Shown here: piece by piece, positions 13,101-26,141 of the stretch
Layout: each line of letters opens with the position of its first letter
Position numbering within the stretch: the stretch's first letter is position 1
Source: Haliotis rufescens
Taxonomy: Eukaryota
Direction of reading: 5' to 3'
Length of the DNA stretch: 64,000 bases
Assembly: GCF_023055435.1 (NCBI RefSeq)
Contig: NW_025963791.1
Location: forward strand, 30,256,001 to 30,320,000
Notes under the pieces: generated by a model
The model's database searches: none
Told to the model about the DNA's origin: nothing
The model's input: the letters and a program-made list of their open reading frames with translations, nothing else
Program-made: the position numbers and the translations under genes

Positions 13101-13725
13101 CGTTATACACCCATGTTTGATGGTGGCTGAACATGAAACAAACAAGAAATGGTTATTCGGTGGTAATCCGGTATTATAAGCCACATTACACTCATATAAA
13201 TCAGTATCTCACATGACGACTAAAAGGGTACGGAGGTCGCAATTTCACAATTTACAGTATACGTAGTGAGCAGAGTGAAATGTGAATTTTGCAAATGTTT
13301 ACTTTCTTTTGCCATGCAGTTTACAATCATCTTATTGAAGTTACTGCTTACTATCCCTATTTACTATGAACACGACTTCACTTTTAGAAGGTAAGCAACC
13401 GTTCCCTACCCCAATCCCAAGCCAAATAGGGGTCACTGGGTGCCTAGTGGGTGCAGTTACGTCCCTTTGTCTTCAAGGATCCGACATTCATGGGTTAAAA
13501 AACTATCAACTTAACAACTTAACTGGATGTTAACAACTTAAAAAGCGTCAGCTGTTTCACGTGGGAAATGAAACTAATGCTGTTACAGTATAATAAACGT
13601 TGCTATAGCTTGAAGTATTTTAATAGATGATGGCACGACTACGCAACGTTCTTCCGGTGTCCCTGATGGATGCTCTTTACCTCTGGCTCCAGCCAATGCC
13701 AAAAGAAGCCTTCTATAAAACTTAA
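8369..13725 (+). CDS. BDH1-like: SDR paralog 2, BDH1-like; exons 8369-8585, 9501-9701, 10710-10862, 11224-11417, 12805-13041, 13627-13725
   Basis: Same motifs and exon structure as paralog 1, with an open frame across the GT-AG junctions. Confidence 0.9.
8853..9106 (+). mobile_element. Headless SINE-like element (family C)
   Basis: Begins cccgtgaagatc and ends ctggaatattgctgagtgcggcgctaaac. Further copies at about 17574, 26370, 28325, 33225, 41362 and 55755. Confidence 0.85.
9748..10150 (+). mobile_element. tRNA-head SINE (family D) containing a (CT)n microsatellite at 10037-10117
   Basis: Head identical to the 3750 copy; tail gacgttaaaccccattttcac as in the 20352 copy. Confidence 0.8.
11715..11968 (-). 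mobile_element. Tc1-family transposase fragment
   Basis: Minus strand reads ARRPVRR...VFTDESRFMLRRADGRARVYRRRNER, interrupted by stops and frameshifts. Confidence 0.8.
11970..12111 (+). mobile_element. SINE family A, internally deleted
   Basis: Head gtagcctagtggttaaagcgttcg and an (ACTC)n tail. Confidence 0.85.
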
Positions 13726-13932
13726 TCGTGAAGTAAGGTATTATTATACCTAGCCAATGTAATGGATCATGTATGATTTGAATAATAAACTGGAATTGCT
13801 TTGCTAGAGGTATTGCGTTACTTGTCTTCTTCGGATTGACACATTGTTGGTGTAAGTATCCATGTCTAGGAAAGAGATACATTGATGGCTCTAACACAAT
13901 GATTATCAAGTCACTATGCTGGAACATTTAGA

Positions 13933-14102
13933 GTGAGTGAGTGAGTGAGTATGGTTTTACGCCGCTTTTAGCAATATTCCAGCAATATCACGGCGGGGGA
14001 CACCAGAAATGGGCTTCACACAATGTACCCATGTCGGGAATCGAACCCGGGTCTTCGGCGTGACGAGCGAACGCTTTAACCACTAGGCTACCCGACCGCC
14101 CC
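13933..14102 (-). mobile_element. SINE family A, near consensus
   Basis: 12-bp TSD ggaacatttaga. Confidence 0.92.
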
Positions 14103-14903
14103 GGAACATTTAGATGTGACCTGCAGCTGTAGGTAATAGTACCTGGGCCGTGAAACTAATCATGGTGCTCCTCTACTTCCATACCGATCAACGGATCCAT
14201 TCATTTGTAAGCACCGTACATACGGGTCTGTTATCTGTTCTATGGTCCATACTCAAGTATTCACAGACCCCCGTCATAAAGCTGATATATTGCTGAGTGC
14301 GGCGTCAATGAACAAACAAGCAACCAAATAAACTTGTACAAATATATAATGGAAAGTAATATTGTATACATTTCTATAACAAATAAGGTCCACAATGGCA
14401 TTAAAAAACAAGGAAACTGCGATTTCTACACGCGACTTCTTTATATTCAAAATAGTTTTTCTCATTCATGAATTACTTATATCGCAGTGATACACAAAGT
14501 GCGATGAACATTTTCTGAAGGACTAAAATATGCGTTTGCGGAACATGACACTTGCTTTCCTTTCGTCAAAATACTGACAATCCAGAAACTACTTTTTTGA
14601 CACTCAATCAAACTTAAAGAAAAGTATGAAACACATGGTTTTACATTAAACAGCAAACATGTTTCTAAAACTTAACAAACAATTATATGCATCTGTCTAT
14701 CAGTGGTTAAAGAGTTGCTTCCCCTTTCCCTATCCTAGAACTGGTGTTTGGGGCATCCGTCCAACACAAAGAATCACGTGGAGATATTTAAATGTGTCCT
14801 GGTGCATATTCCGAATACTATTACTCTCGTCCATTGTGCATGTCAAACTCGGTACACTCTGGGACATGCCGCTGTTTCACAGTCTAAGCACCATCTCTGT
14901 GTT

Positions 14904-17900
14904 TCAATGGAACTCCGGCTGTGCAGCAACTGGAGGTGGACCTCGCACCTTCAACATGAGATAGTCCAGGATTCCTACGGGGACGAAAGGACGAAGACGG
15001 GCCATAACCTGCCATAAATGTAGAATAGAACAACCGTATTACAATATCAAGATTGTGTTTTAAAAGAAAACAAATTAATGTACCGAGCACATATCGTCAT
15101 ACATTTTATGATTGTGTGAATAGGATTGTGTTTTCATTGCTGTGTTGTTTACATTAACGGCAAGACAGTGGCAATCGTCCTATAACATAAACTTTTCATC
15201 TGAATACGCCATCCTCGATTAGCCAGTACGGTATATCTTCATTGTATAATGAGCTTAATAAATATTCTGGACCCACTCTCCACTCAAGCCCGATACGGTG
15301 CTAAAATCAAAATGATCATGATCATGAGCGAATCGAATATTTACTTTTTTTCGAGTTTGGAGAGATTTAGAAGGTAACGTCGCTTCCGAAACGAAGCTAT
15401 GGTGACGGATGGTTCCAGAGTATATTCGAATCCAGATATTGAGTGAGTGGGTGAGTTGGGTTTTACGCCGCTTTTAACAGTATTACAGTTATATCGCGGC
15501 GTGTCAGCTTAATGTGGGAGGAAATCCCGAAGTGATGCAGGTCTCAGACGTTTACCACTTCGGTGAAACCCACCAGCACGGGTATGGTGCTGACAAACCT
15601 AGAAACATAATCAGGGCGTTCGAACCCACAATCATAGGTTTCTGGCGTGCCCAAGGGACGCAACTCTGCACAGCGAATCGCGGCGCCTTAGACGACTGGG
15701 CCACCCGTGCCCCCGAATCCAGATATAGTACATATGCCAGTGAAAAGTGAGTTGACTTAGGTCAGAAAAATATGTGTTACATTGGTTGAACACCAGGTCT
15801 TACACAGTCAACGTCGAACCATTGGTTGCTGCCATCAACGAGGTATCGGTTTTGAGGAGAAATGCTCCTGACAGAAGCAACGAGGGCCGCCATCACTGGT
15901 TCGAGGTTGGGAAATGAGGTGGAACATCCTTTCACAGCCCTTTCGAACATCGTGTCTAGGTACTGGGGGCCATACGCTGTGATGACGTCATGACTAGCTG
16001 CTGACATCATTTCTGTATTAGCGTTCCGCATCCTCTGAACCTATATGACAAAACAAGTCTCATCTGCATAGCTGAGAAGATGAACCTAGTGAACAACATA
16101 TCCATTTTGTAATTACCATATGCATTCAACGTTCCTTATTTCTTTCCAATCCTACCATGCATTTATCAACATTCAAAGATACAGTTTGTTTGACGTTTTA
16201 CGCCGCATTAAGCGATATTTCTTCTTTATTACTGAGTCCAGACAACCATGTGGTTAATATTATGAGCACAGTCCCACGACGTCGGTGTGCGAAAACACGC
16301 AATCAACCAAGCCCTCGATCCTGACAACCTGATCCATGTAGGTCGAGAGAGCTTTGGGTTCATTATACATGTTCATCAAAACGTAAATAGATTTCTTGAA
16401 ATAGTTGTACCTCCTTAGAAACAAAATGTATTTGTACGAGTTATTCGGCATTTGTTATAATAACTTTAAGTTTCAAATATGTTGGTAGATACCCTTTGTT
16501 TTGTTTATGTCTCAGGTCACTTCTGCATCCGAATACCCAATTCCTCATATACGTACATTGGCGTCATCCCAGAGTGCTGTAGCCCCGCCAAAGTTCCCTG
16601 GTTCTACGATAACGACCTTGACGCCAAACCGCTTCATCTCCATACGAAGACAATCAGAGAAGCCCTCAGCCCCGAACTTGCTGACGACGTACGTGGAGTT
16701 GGCCGGAAAGGCAACAACGCCTCGCACACTTGTTACGTTGATGACACGACCTTTCCAGTAATCAAAATACATCACTTTATTTTATGCTTCATTTCAGTCA
16801 TTATAATTCTATATATTTTATTATGTTTTACTCAATAGACTAAATCATTTGTCTGTTGCTTAACGGTGTGACGTGTTCATTATTATTGCAGGCGGTGGTC
16901 TGTAAATAATCTAAACTGGACTAGACAAACCAGTGATTGATGTCACAGGTCTCGCCATCTTTGGACTTTTGTTTTGAGATGCAGCGGTATATTTAACCAG
17001 TGATGTAGTAACTCTGAATAAATCACATGTGCACTTCGGTGTGTGTGTTTGGCCTAGGCCAAGGCGCCGTAATTCCCCGTGTCGCGTTCCATAGGCGTGC
17101 GGACTAATGCCGGTTTTATAGTGCTATAGGCGTGCTGACAAATTCCGGTTTTGTAGAGCTACCTTGCCGCAATTTAACATGCATACCCCACTCAGACACA
17201 GTACACTGACACAGTACACAGGGAAATGACAAGTGCCATCTTTCAACGTCTTTTAGTATGACGAGGACGGGGATCGAGGCCCCGACCTTCCGCTCCGGGC
17301 AGAGGCGCCATGCATTTCACCATTGAGACGGTCGAAATGTTAAAGACTTGTAGATGGCCTACAACATCACCTTGCTGAATGGGGAATGGAATGTCACAGC
17401 TAAAAGGTCCAACAAAACAACAGCGTAACTAATTTAAAAAAAAAATTTTTTATAATTCTATATGTAAATGTACTCTTTTATATGCATTGTTTAATATCTA
17501 TACATCACCTCACAAGTCAAAACCCGTATAGGTGGTAGAAGGACGAGCGATGCATAGATCCTCAACACAGCTACCCGTGAAGATCAGGGGAGGATAGGTC
17601 TTCAGCAACCCATGCTTGTCGTAAAAGGTGACTAACGGGATCGGGTGGTCAGGTTCGCTTACTTTTGACTTTTGATGCATGTCATCGTATCCCAATTGCG
17701 TAGATCGATTCTCATGATGTCAATCACAGACCGCCGTCATACAGCTGGAATATTGCTGAGTGCGGGGTTAAACAACAAACAAACAAAAAACACAATAACT
17801 ACAGCCCTAGCTAGCGCTGGATATGTGAATGACTTACCTTTAGTTTTTCGGATCATTGGTAAAAAGGCCTTGGTGGTTCTAATCATTCCGAAGAGATTCA

Positions 17901-20900
17901 CATCGGCGAGTCGTTTATACATGTCCATGGTGAGAAGCTCTACATCTCCCATACCTATAACACCTGCGTTGTTGACGATGGCCCAAAGACCTGAATAAAA
18001 CCATGCGTTCGCTCTTTATTTCATTGTATCAGTTCTATATGCATTTCATTAACTAAAGAGGTTGTTGTTTGTACATATATTGCAACAGAAACTAAATGAG
18101 GATATTTTGCCACTATTTATGTATATTCTGGTATGGACTGTGTACTGAATTCACAAACATGGTAACCACGCTTGTGCTATGTACGAGTAAAGTGTTAACA
18201 CAAAGGGTTGAACACAACAGAAATAATTTAAGGGAGCAAATGAGATGCCTCATTTCTTTTACTTGAAATCTGCAAATACCTCAAATTATATTCTTGACAT
18301 ACATTGTTTATATTGAACGCATTCGTGACACGCCGTATGTCATCGTGCTGTGTGTTAATGTCTGTTATTGGTATATATCACATAACAATAACAGCACATA
18401 GTGAACATAGGAGTGAGTGAGTGAGTGAGTTGGGTTTAACGCCGCTTTTAACATTATTCCAGTTATATTACGGTGTGTCAGCTTAATCAGGGGGGAAAGC
18501 CAGAAGTGATGCAGGTCTAAGACGTTTACAACTTCGGTGAAACCCACGAGCACGGGTATGGTGCTGACAAACCTAGAAACATAATTGAGGCGAACCGGGA
18601 TTCGAACCCACAATCATAGGTTTCTGGCGTGCCCAAGGGACGCAACTCTGCACAGCGAATCGCGGCGCCTTAGACGACTGGGCCACCCGTGCCCCCCAGT
18701 GAACATAGGAAGTAAAGGCATCTTAAGCAGTGAGTGAGTTGGGTTGAATCGAGCTTTAAACAGTGTGCAAGTTATATCACGTCTCGCCAACTTTATGTTA
18801 TTGTGAAGGTCCGAAGTGATGCAGGTCGTACGTTTACTACTTCGGTGAAACCCACGACTACGAACACCAAGAAACCTCGAAACATAATCGGGGCGAGCCG
18901 GCATTGGGAACTCATGACCATAGATTTCTTGCGTGCCCAAGGGACGCAACTCTGCCTGCACAACCAGACGACTGGGCCACCTCTACAGCAGGTAAACGTA
19001 CACACGATAACGTGCCCCACGCATACACTATAATGGCATTCTGCTATCATGGAACTATATGTAAATTATTCAAACCCAAAAGTGATTTTGTCTCACTATA
19101 TCTCGTGCTGTGCCCAGGTTTCGACACAGCATATGTTTTATTCCTTTAATTGTCTGAGAATCTACAACAGTATTCTTAACAGTTCAACGGGCAGTGCGCA
19201 TCCATAGTTTTAACATCCCAGTCTACTGACATGCATGTGTGTGTTCAATACCTTTATCACCGAGTTTCTGTTGAACTGTTTTAACGCAGGCTTCGACACT
19301 ATCATCGGAAGTGACGTCAAGAGGAAGCACGTGCAGTGTTTCACCTCCATTTTCCTTCAGCTCAGATGCACCGCTACCGTTAACATCTAAACACGTGGCC
19401 AGTACGCTGAAGCCCTGAGCGACCAGTCGTTTGGCAAGAATTTTGCCAATACCTAGGTACCAGTAAAAGAAAACAACAAAGGTCTAAAAATATAAAAAAA
19501 TAAAAATGTGTGCCTGTTGTAACAATTCATTAAAATGAAACAGTTACACATTATGATATGTTCATTCGAAGTAATGCATTAATCTGTAATAAGTCCCTTA
19601 CATTTATTTAGTTACTGGTCGCCAATTCATATCGTGTTGTGAGTGAGTGAGTGAGTGAGTGAGTGAGTGAGTGAGTGAGTGAGTTGGGCTTAAGGTGGTC
19701 ATAACACCACCTGCTGAGTGAGTGAGTGAGTGAGTGAGTGAGTGAGTGAGTGAGTTGGGCTTCAGGTGGTCATAACAACATTCAAGACATCGGGGTCACT
19801 AAGAATGGATATGAGTGAACTCATGATGGGAATCGGTCCCGTGCCCCCGACGTGACGAGCTAACGTTATTACCACTTGGTTACCCCAACTCATCATATCG
19901 TATAAACATATATAGTTCATGTGAGTATCTTTCAGTCTCATCTCAATATACCGTATTCGACGTAATAAGCGCCCACGGCGATAATTGCTAACATATTGAA
20001 AAGTGAACAATCCCAACTAGCACCCCTTCCGATTGATCAATGTACACAAGACTTATTTATTCGCGTATAATACGGACTCGTGTGTTATATGCACCCTTAA
20101 TTATGGGCAATGAAATTCTGGAAACATTTATCTGTCGTACATAAAGATTTCAGGCTGTCAGCATAAACCACGAAATTAAAGATATTAAACGTCTCGATTA
20201 TCCGCCGAAACAGATTCCAAGACACCAAAGAGAAATATATGCTGTTTGAATTAATGATATTTCTATCTCATGAAGATAACTTAAAGATGTACCACCTACG
20301 ATGTTATTACATGTTTTACATGTACCCATATGTTATTGTAATAATATGAAAGAGGTGAGGTGAAATGGGGTTTAACGTCGCGTCCAAGATTATTGCACCT
20401 ATATAGCAACGTGCATGTACGTGTGTGTGTCTCTGTGTGTGTGGCTGTTTGTACTAGTCAGGACTGATGCCGATTTATAGTGCTAGCTTACTGAGATACC
20501 ATGCCGCAGTTTAACGTGAATATCCCACTCAGACACAGTATACTGACTCCGAGCCGACCAGTCCTTGTTTTAGCCCTTTAATGCCGGGCGCCAGACAGGG
20601 TAGCAACAAGTACCATCTTTAACGTCTTTTGGTATGACGCGGCCGGGATCCGAACCCCGAACCTTCCGCTCTCTCGGCGGACGCTCTACCACTAGGCCAC
20701 GGAGGCGGTCTAATATTAAAGAAGAAATCGCAGGACCTATATTCTATATCAACGAAGGGACAATTAGTACGTCATAAAAGAAGGATTTCATTACACGGGA
20801 ACCTTCTTGCTGTTGTATACTCCACTAACGTATGGACCTTTACTTATAATAACATGTATTCATTCTTCAGTTTGGGTTTTCGTTGGTATTCACTTAACGG

Positions 20901-21152
20901 CCAAATCGATCGAATGGTACCCGTGAAATATATAGTACCTGTATCACACCCTGTGATGAGAACGTGTCGGCCATCTGGCGTTATCCGTTCCGTGCCTCGT
21001 TCCTGTATGACCCGGAAGGAGTAAAATATGATGAGGCCGACAAGACAACTGACAAGCACAGCTTTCTGGAGACAGGCATACACCAACAGGACCACACACC
21101 CACAGAATGTGACCTCAAAGAACTGCAGCCCTAGTGATTCGACCAGCCCCAT
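14904..21152 (-). CDS. BDH1-like: SDR paralog 3, BDH1-like; exons 21152-20939, 19452-19252, 17990-17838, 16750-16557, 16040-15804, 15008-14904
   Basis: TGCDTGIG, NNAG, NVTS and YVVSK; same exon phases as the other paralogs; ends ...AAQPEFH*. Confidence 0.9.
15440..15713 (-). mobile_element. SINE family B (about 290 bp, tRNA-Leu-like head)
   Basis: 13-bp TSD cgaatccagatat; head gggcacgggtggcccagtcgtctaaggcg. Confidence 0.9.
17090..17334 (-). mobile_element. SINE family D, degenerate
   Basis: cccactcagacacagta...ccatctttcaacgtcttttagtatgacg matches 20524-20640. Confidence 0.7.
17574..17790 (+). mobile_element. Headless SINE-like element (family C)
   Basis: Head cccgtgaagatc...gactaacggg and an (AAAC)n tail. 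Confidence 0.85.
18413..18981 (-). mobile_element. Two adjacent SINE family B copies (18413-18697 and about 18730-18981)
   Basis: The first has TSD agtgaacatagga; the second is more diverged. Confidence 0.88.
19949..20185 (+). mobile_element. Partial MITE of the same family as 46172-46512
   Basis: Left TIR taccgtattcgacgtaataagcgccc and shared internal sequence. Confidence 0.8.
20352..20710 (-). mobile_element. SINE family D, full length
   Basis: tRNA-like head on the minus strand, (CACCT)n-like tail, approximate TSD taatat(g/t)aaaga. Confidence 0.85.
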
Positions 21153-22104
21153 ACTGAAACAGACATTTTGTATTGTCACATTTGCAAAGAATTCGAAATA
21201 CTTGTATACATGAGTTCCCTAATTTGACTTGTACCATTGTTCCCATGTTGAACAATTGACTTGCCTTTGCATGTGTTTGTGCCGCGTGCCCCCGGCGGGG
21301 CAGGATACACTCACTTTTTCGCGAACACCTGGTGTCATTACTATACTACCCATCAAAAGTTTAGACTCACCAGTGTAAATGTAGCCACTCACTATACTCA
21401 ACTGTTTCAAACCAGATAATGCCAAATATTCTAAACTTTTGATGGGTAGTATATTTGATAGTGATTCATAAGCACATGCTCATGATATAGTCGGAATTGT
21501 ACAATCGACTCTGCTTTATGCAGAAATCTCTTTTGGATATGGAAATGGTTTTGTCGCTCTATATATACATACAAACACATATACTCACCGCCAAAAGAAA
21601 TGCGAACCATAGAAACATATAGAGAAGTTTGTACGTTAAGAAGAGACGTATCCAATGTGTCCCGCTTAATGACAAAACTGACAATCAGTCAAGAGTTACC
21701 ACAGAATTTCTTTATTCTTATTACCATATACAGCAGGTGATTTCCAAACTTTACACGCTAATCCTGCACGAGAAAAATAGTGCATCTCGAGTCATGGATC
21801 TATGACGCCACATGTGATGCGTTCATGAGAGTCGGTCCACACAATATACCAGTATGTTCGTGTGTGCATCGAACCAATCTAATATATCCACAACATATAT
21901 TAACCAATATGTATGGTATTCGCGTTTCTTTTTTCGGTGAGTATATGATGCATATGCATCTGTATTTCTGCCACAGGAGTTCTTAAGTTGTGCATGTATT
22001 TATAATATATTCACAAATGCTTAATTATGGCGATAACTGCGGTGAGTGACAATGAAATAAACCAGTCTAAATCAACGTTGTCTCAACAGTTCATCGTGTA
22101 CATG

Positions 22105-22265
22105 GGGCGGTCGGGTAGCCTCATGGTTAAAGCGTTCGCTCGTCACGCCGAAGACCCGGGTTCGATTCCCGATATGGGTACAATGTGTGAAGCCCATTTC
22201 TGGTGTCCTCCGCCTTGCTATTGCTAGAATGTTGCTAAAAGCGGCGTAAAACCATACTCACTCAC
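22105..22265 (+). mobile_element. SINE family A
   Basis: 14-bp TSD tcatcgtgtacatg. Confidence 0.92.
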
Positions 22266-22882
22266 TCATCGTGTACATGTCGTGCGATTTATACAACGAA
22301 GTCGGATATAATTCGATTCCCCAAGTGCAGTTAAATAAAGTTATTGTTTACACGAACATCGATTTATATAAGAATACGTTCCGTTATCTCGAACAACAGC
22401 AACTGGTGATGATGATGCTATTGTTTAACACGATGTCATATTATTGGATCGTTTGTCGAGAGATACTGATTACTCGATGTGATCTTGCGAGTTACCAGGA
22501 TTTCGAGTAACGTTTCACTCTACAGAAACGTGTATAGCACATGATGTACATTGCCAATGCCTGCGAATGTAAGAGACACGTCTCGAGTTATGCACCTGTG
22601 ATCTGATCATGTACTGTTATCAAGAATAACACGGGTGCCTAATGCTAAAGTCCCATCTCAAAATGGTAACGTATATATTTCCACAAATACCACACAAACA
22701 GTAGACACAACTTATGGATGTTTGTCACGGTATTAAGATATATACCGAAACGTCGCCTTTACAGGAGCTAAAGAAGATGTTATCCATATTGTGTCTACTT
22801 TGTTTGTTTATTGACGTCAACTTTGTCATCCGTCAACTTCTATGTAATGCCACGCAAACCATACAAACATGTTTGAACCATG

Positions 22883-23255
22883 AGTGAATGAATTCGTTTT
22901 ACGCCGCTTTTCGTTATATTCCTGCAATAATACACTAAGGGACGCCAGAAATGGACTTCACACATTGTACCCATGTGGTGAATCGAACCGGGGCCCACGG
23001 CATGACAAGCGAACGCTTTAACCACTAGGCTACCTCACCGCCCCGTTTGAGCCATGCCAAATACATCCAGGGATTACAACTACAAGTGAGTGAGTGAGTG
23101 AGTATGGTTTTACGCCGCTTTTAGCAATATTCCAGCAATATCACGCCGGGGGACACCAGAAATGGGCTTCACACATTGTACCCATGTCGGAAATCGAACC
23201 CGGGTCTTCGGCGTGACGAGCGAACGCTTTAACCACAAGGCTACCCGACCGCCCC
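22883..23255 (-). mobile_element. Two SINE family A copies (22883-23044 and 23086-23255)
   Basis: TSDs gtttga(a/g)ccatg and tacaactacaa. Confidence 0.9.
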
Positions 23256-24340
23256 TACAACTACAAAGACGGTACTCGAGTTTGCATACATTTTTAGTAA
23301 GATGATATGTTTTCTGAATATCTCTATACAGTGAATGTATTCACGTCAACCCTTATCTGTTGATAATACTGACACGTACACCTATACACATATGTGACGT
23401 GTACACCGAAACTGAACTAACTTGAATGTAAAACATTCGCTGAATTATTACATAAAGATGACACTCAGTCAAATTATTTCTACTCACGTTGGTTCGATAG
23501 GGTATGTCTCCACAGCAGCATACCATCAGACACTGGGGTCGAAGTTCACTGTTAGCGCAGGGTAAACACGTGCTGTGTGGCTGGTATGTCTCCTCGTCTC
23601 AAGGAAAGTCCATTTACATTATTACGACGTTTTAACATTACAAAAACCGTTCGTGCAAACGTCACATGTAATGCACTGCTGTATCCGATTGTAATATGTC
23701 ATTTAACATGGTAATCATTATTAAAAATCGTTAATACTCTTCAGCGTGATCCCCAGATGTGCAGCGCCACAAAGTGATAACAGCTGTGGCCTTGGCCCAT
23801 GTAGAGAAGACACCCACAAGCAGCATACACACACTCGGGGAGCGTGGATTTGTTAATGTGACCTGACAAAGTAAGAATTTTGACTTGTATCACACTCTAT
23901 TATTATGTTTCATGAATAGCTGAAAATTTACCCTGGGAGTCTGCCTATGACGAGATATGACGAAACATAAGACCATCACGCACGTGACATACTCACATGC
24001 ATGTGTCATATTTGGGAGGACAGTGTACATGTTTCTTCTGTCGGGTGAAAATATATCAAATCTACATTTGTTCCTTCTTTCATGCAGATTAGTTTGCATG
24101 TTGACAACAGACAACGCCATTGAGGAGAGTCTTTATCATCTGTTCGTCAACAGAAACCGTTAGTTGTGAGGGTCTGAACGCATGGTCCAATCACCATCGA
24201 ACTTAAACAGTTAAAAGTGTCCTTGCTGCTTATCAAACAACTATAACCTGTATTTATGCAAGTTCTTTTCATTATGTGTTAGTTTTATGATGTTGTATCT
24301 TTATAGACGTTAAAATATTAGTAATGAACTAGTTCATGTT

Positions 24341-24585
24341 TATGATAACTGAAATCGTGGTACAGTATACTATGTTTATAACGAACACGCCTATAACGAA
24401 CTGACGGATATAACGAACTGTTTTTTGGCCCCGTCCATTTGATGTGTATATGCTGTGTATGTGCTTATAACGAACTACGGTTATTACGAACTAAAATTAG
24501 TGGTCCCTTTAAGTTCGTTATAAGCGTGTTCGTTATAAACATAGTATACTGTACCACGATTTCAGTTATCATATAGTTTACTGTA
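24341..24585. mobile_element. MITE with TA-CAGT termini and an inverted repeat of about 62 bp
   Basis: 24341-24402 is the reverse complement of about 24512-24573; repeated ataacgaac motifs. Confidence 0.85.
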
Positions 24586-25059
24586 CTTTAATATCGAAAA
24601 TTGCATGTGTATGTGTGAAGTACTGTTTTAAATCTCCACTGAATATAGTGTATAAAAAGCGTACATAATTATATATTTAATTCAATCTGAATATGTCCAT
24701 CAATACTCAGTATATGGAACTGTTATATATGTTACACTTGCTCATAAAGATAAGTGTGTGTTAAACACAAATATAGACAAATATATTGAGTATGGCACTA
24801 GTAATTTCCTAGTATGAGGACATTTACAATGATAAACATGAATATTGCTTAAACTGAATTTCTTAGTTGTTGGGTAAGGTCGGCTTGCTTCGTCGCTAGA
24901 TGAATGGGGATGCTTCTCAATGCGACTTATAGCACAACTCACACACTCACACACTCACTCACGCACTCACTCAAGCAGTTTAATGACATATTACGCATAT
25001 TTAAACAATCATATTATTCGCATGTGAGTTAATTTATACACATATTGCTCCGTTTACGG

Positions 25060-25880
25060 TTGGATTAATGTACAAAGCTACGTCCGACACAAGAATTAAT
25101 ATAATTACAAATATACATCTTAAAGAGGATTAATGTACAAAGACGTTTCTTAAACGAGGATTAACGAAAACGATGTATTTAACACGAGGATGTACAACGA
25201 TGCATCTAACACGAAGATTAACATACAAAGATGCATCTAGCACGAGGATTAATGTGCATAGATAAATCTAACACAAGGATTAATATACAAAGATACATCT
25301 TAAAGAGGATTAATTGACCAAGATGTCTCTAAAACGAGGATTAACGTACACAGATACATTTAACACGAGGGCGTACAAAGATGCATCTAGCATGAAGATT
25401 AACATACAAAGATGCATCTAACATGAATATTAACATACAAAGATGCATCTAACATAACGATTAACATACAAAGATGCATCTAACATGAAATTAACATACA
25501 AAGAGGCATCTAACATGAAGATTAACATACAAAGATGCATCTAACATGAAGATTAACATACAAAGATGCATCTAACACGAGGACTAATGTGCATAGATAA
25601 ATCTAACACAAGGATTAATATACAAAGATACATCTAAAAGAGGATTAATGTACAAAGATATCTCTAAAACGAAAATTAACATTCAAAGAAGCATCTAACA
25701 CGAGGATGTACAAAGAGGCATCTAACATGAAGATTAACATACAAAGAGGCATCTAACACGAGGATGTACAAAGAGGCATCTAACATGAAGATTAACATAC
25801 AAAGAGGCATCTAACACGAGGATGTATAAAGATGCATCTAACATGAAGATTAACGTACAAAGACGCATCTAACACGAAGC
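25060..25880. repeat. 31-bp minisatellite (acaaagatgcatctaacatgaagattaacat) with shorter variant units
   Basis: Direct tandem periodicity over about 820 bp. Confidence 0.95.
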
Positions 25881-26141
25881 TACATCTTTGTACGTTCACC
25901 CTACCCCCTTAAACAAATCAGCATCCGCTTACTAAGTTTACTGAAACGTGGTTTAAAGCAAGAAAGAAGTTGCTATCCAATCCAATAAAACGTTTTATGT
26001 CTTGACATTCTCCCAACGTATAACTGTCTATCAAAGATTTATACCGTGACATATAGTGACTATTCCTGTGAATATATCAAGTAGAGACCTGTTGTTTGTT
26101 TACACGGCGACACTCTCACAATTTACCGTTGTGAACTGTAG

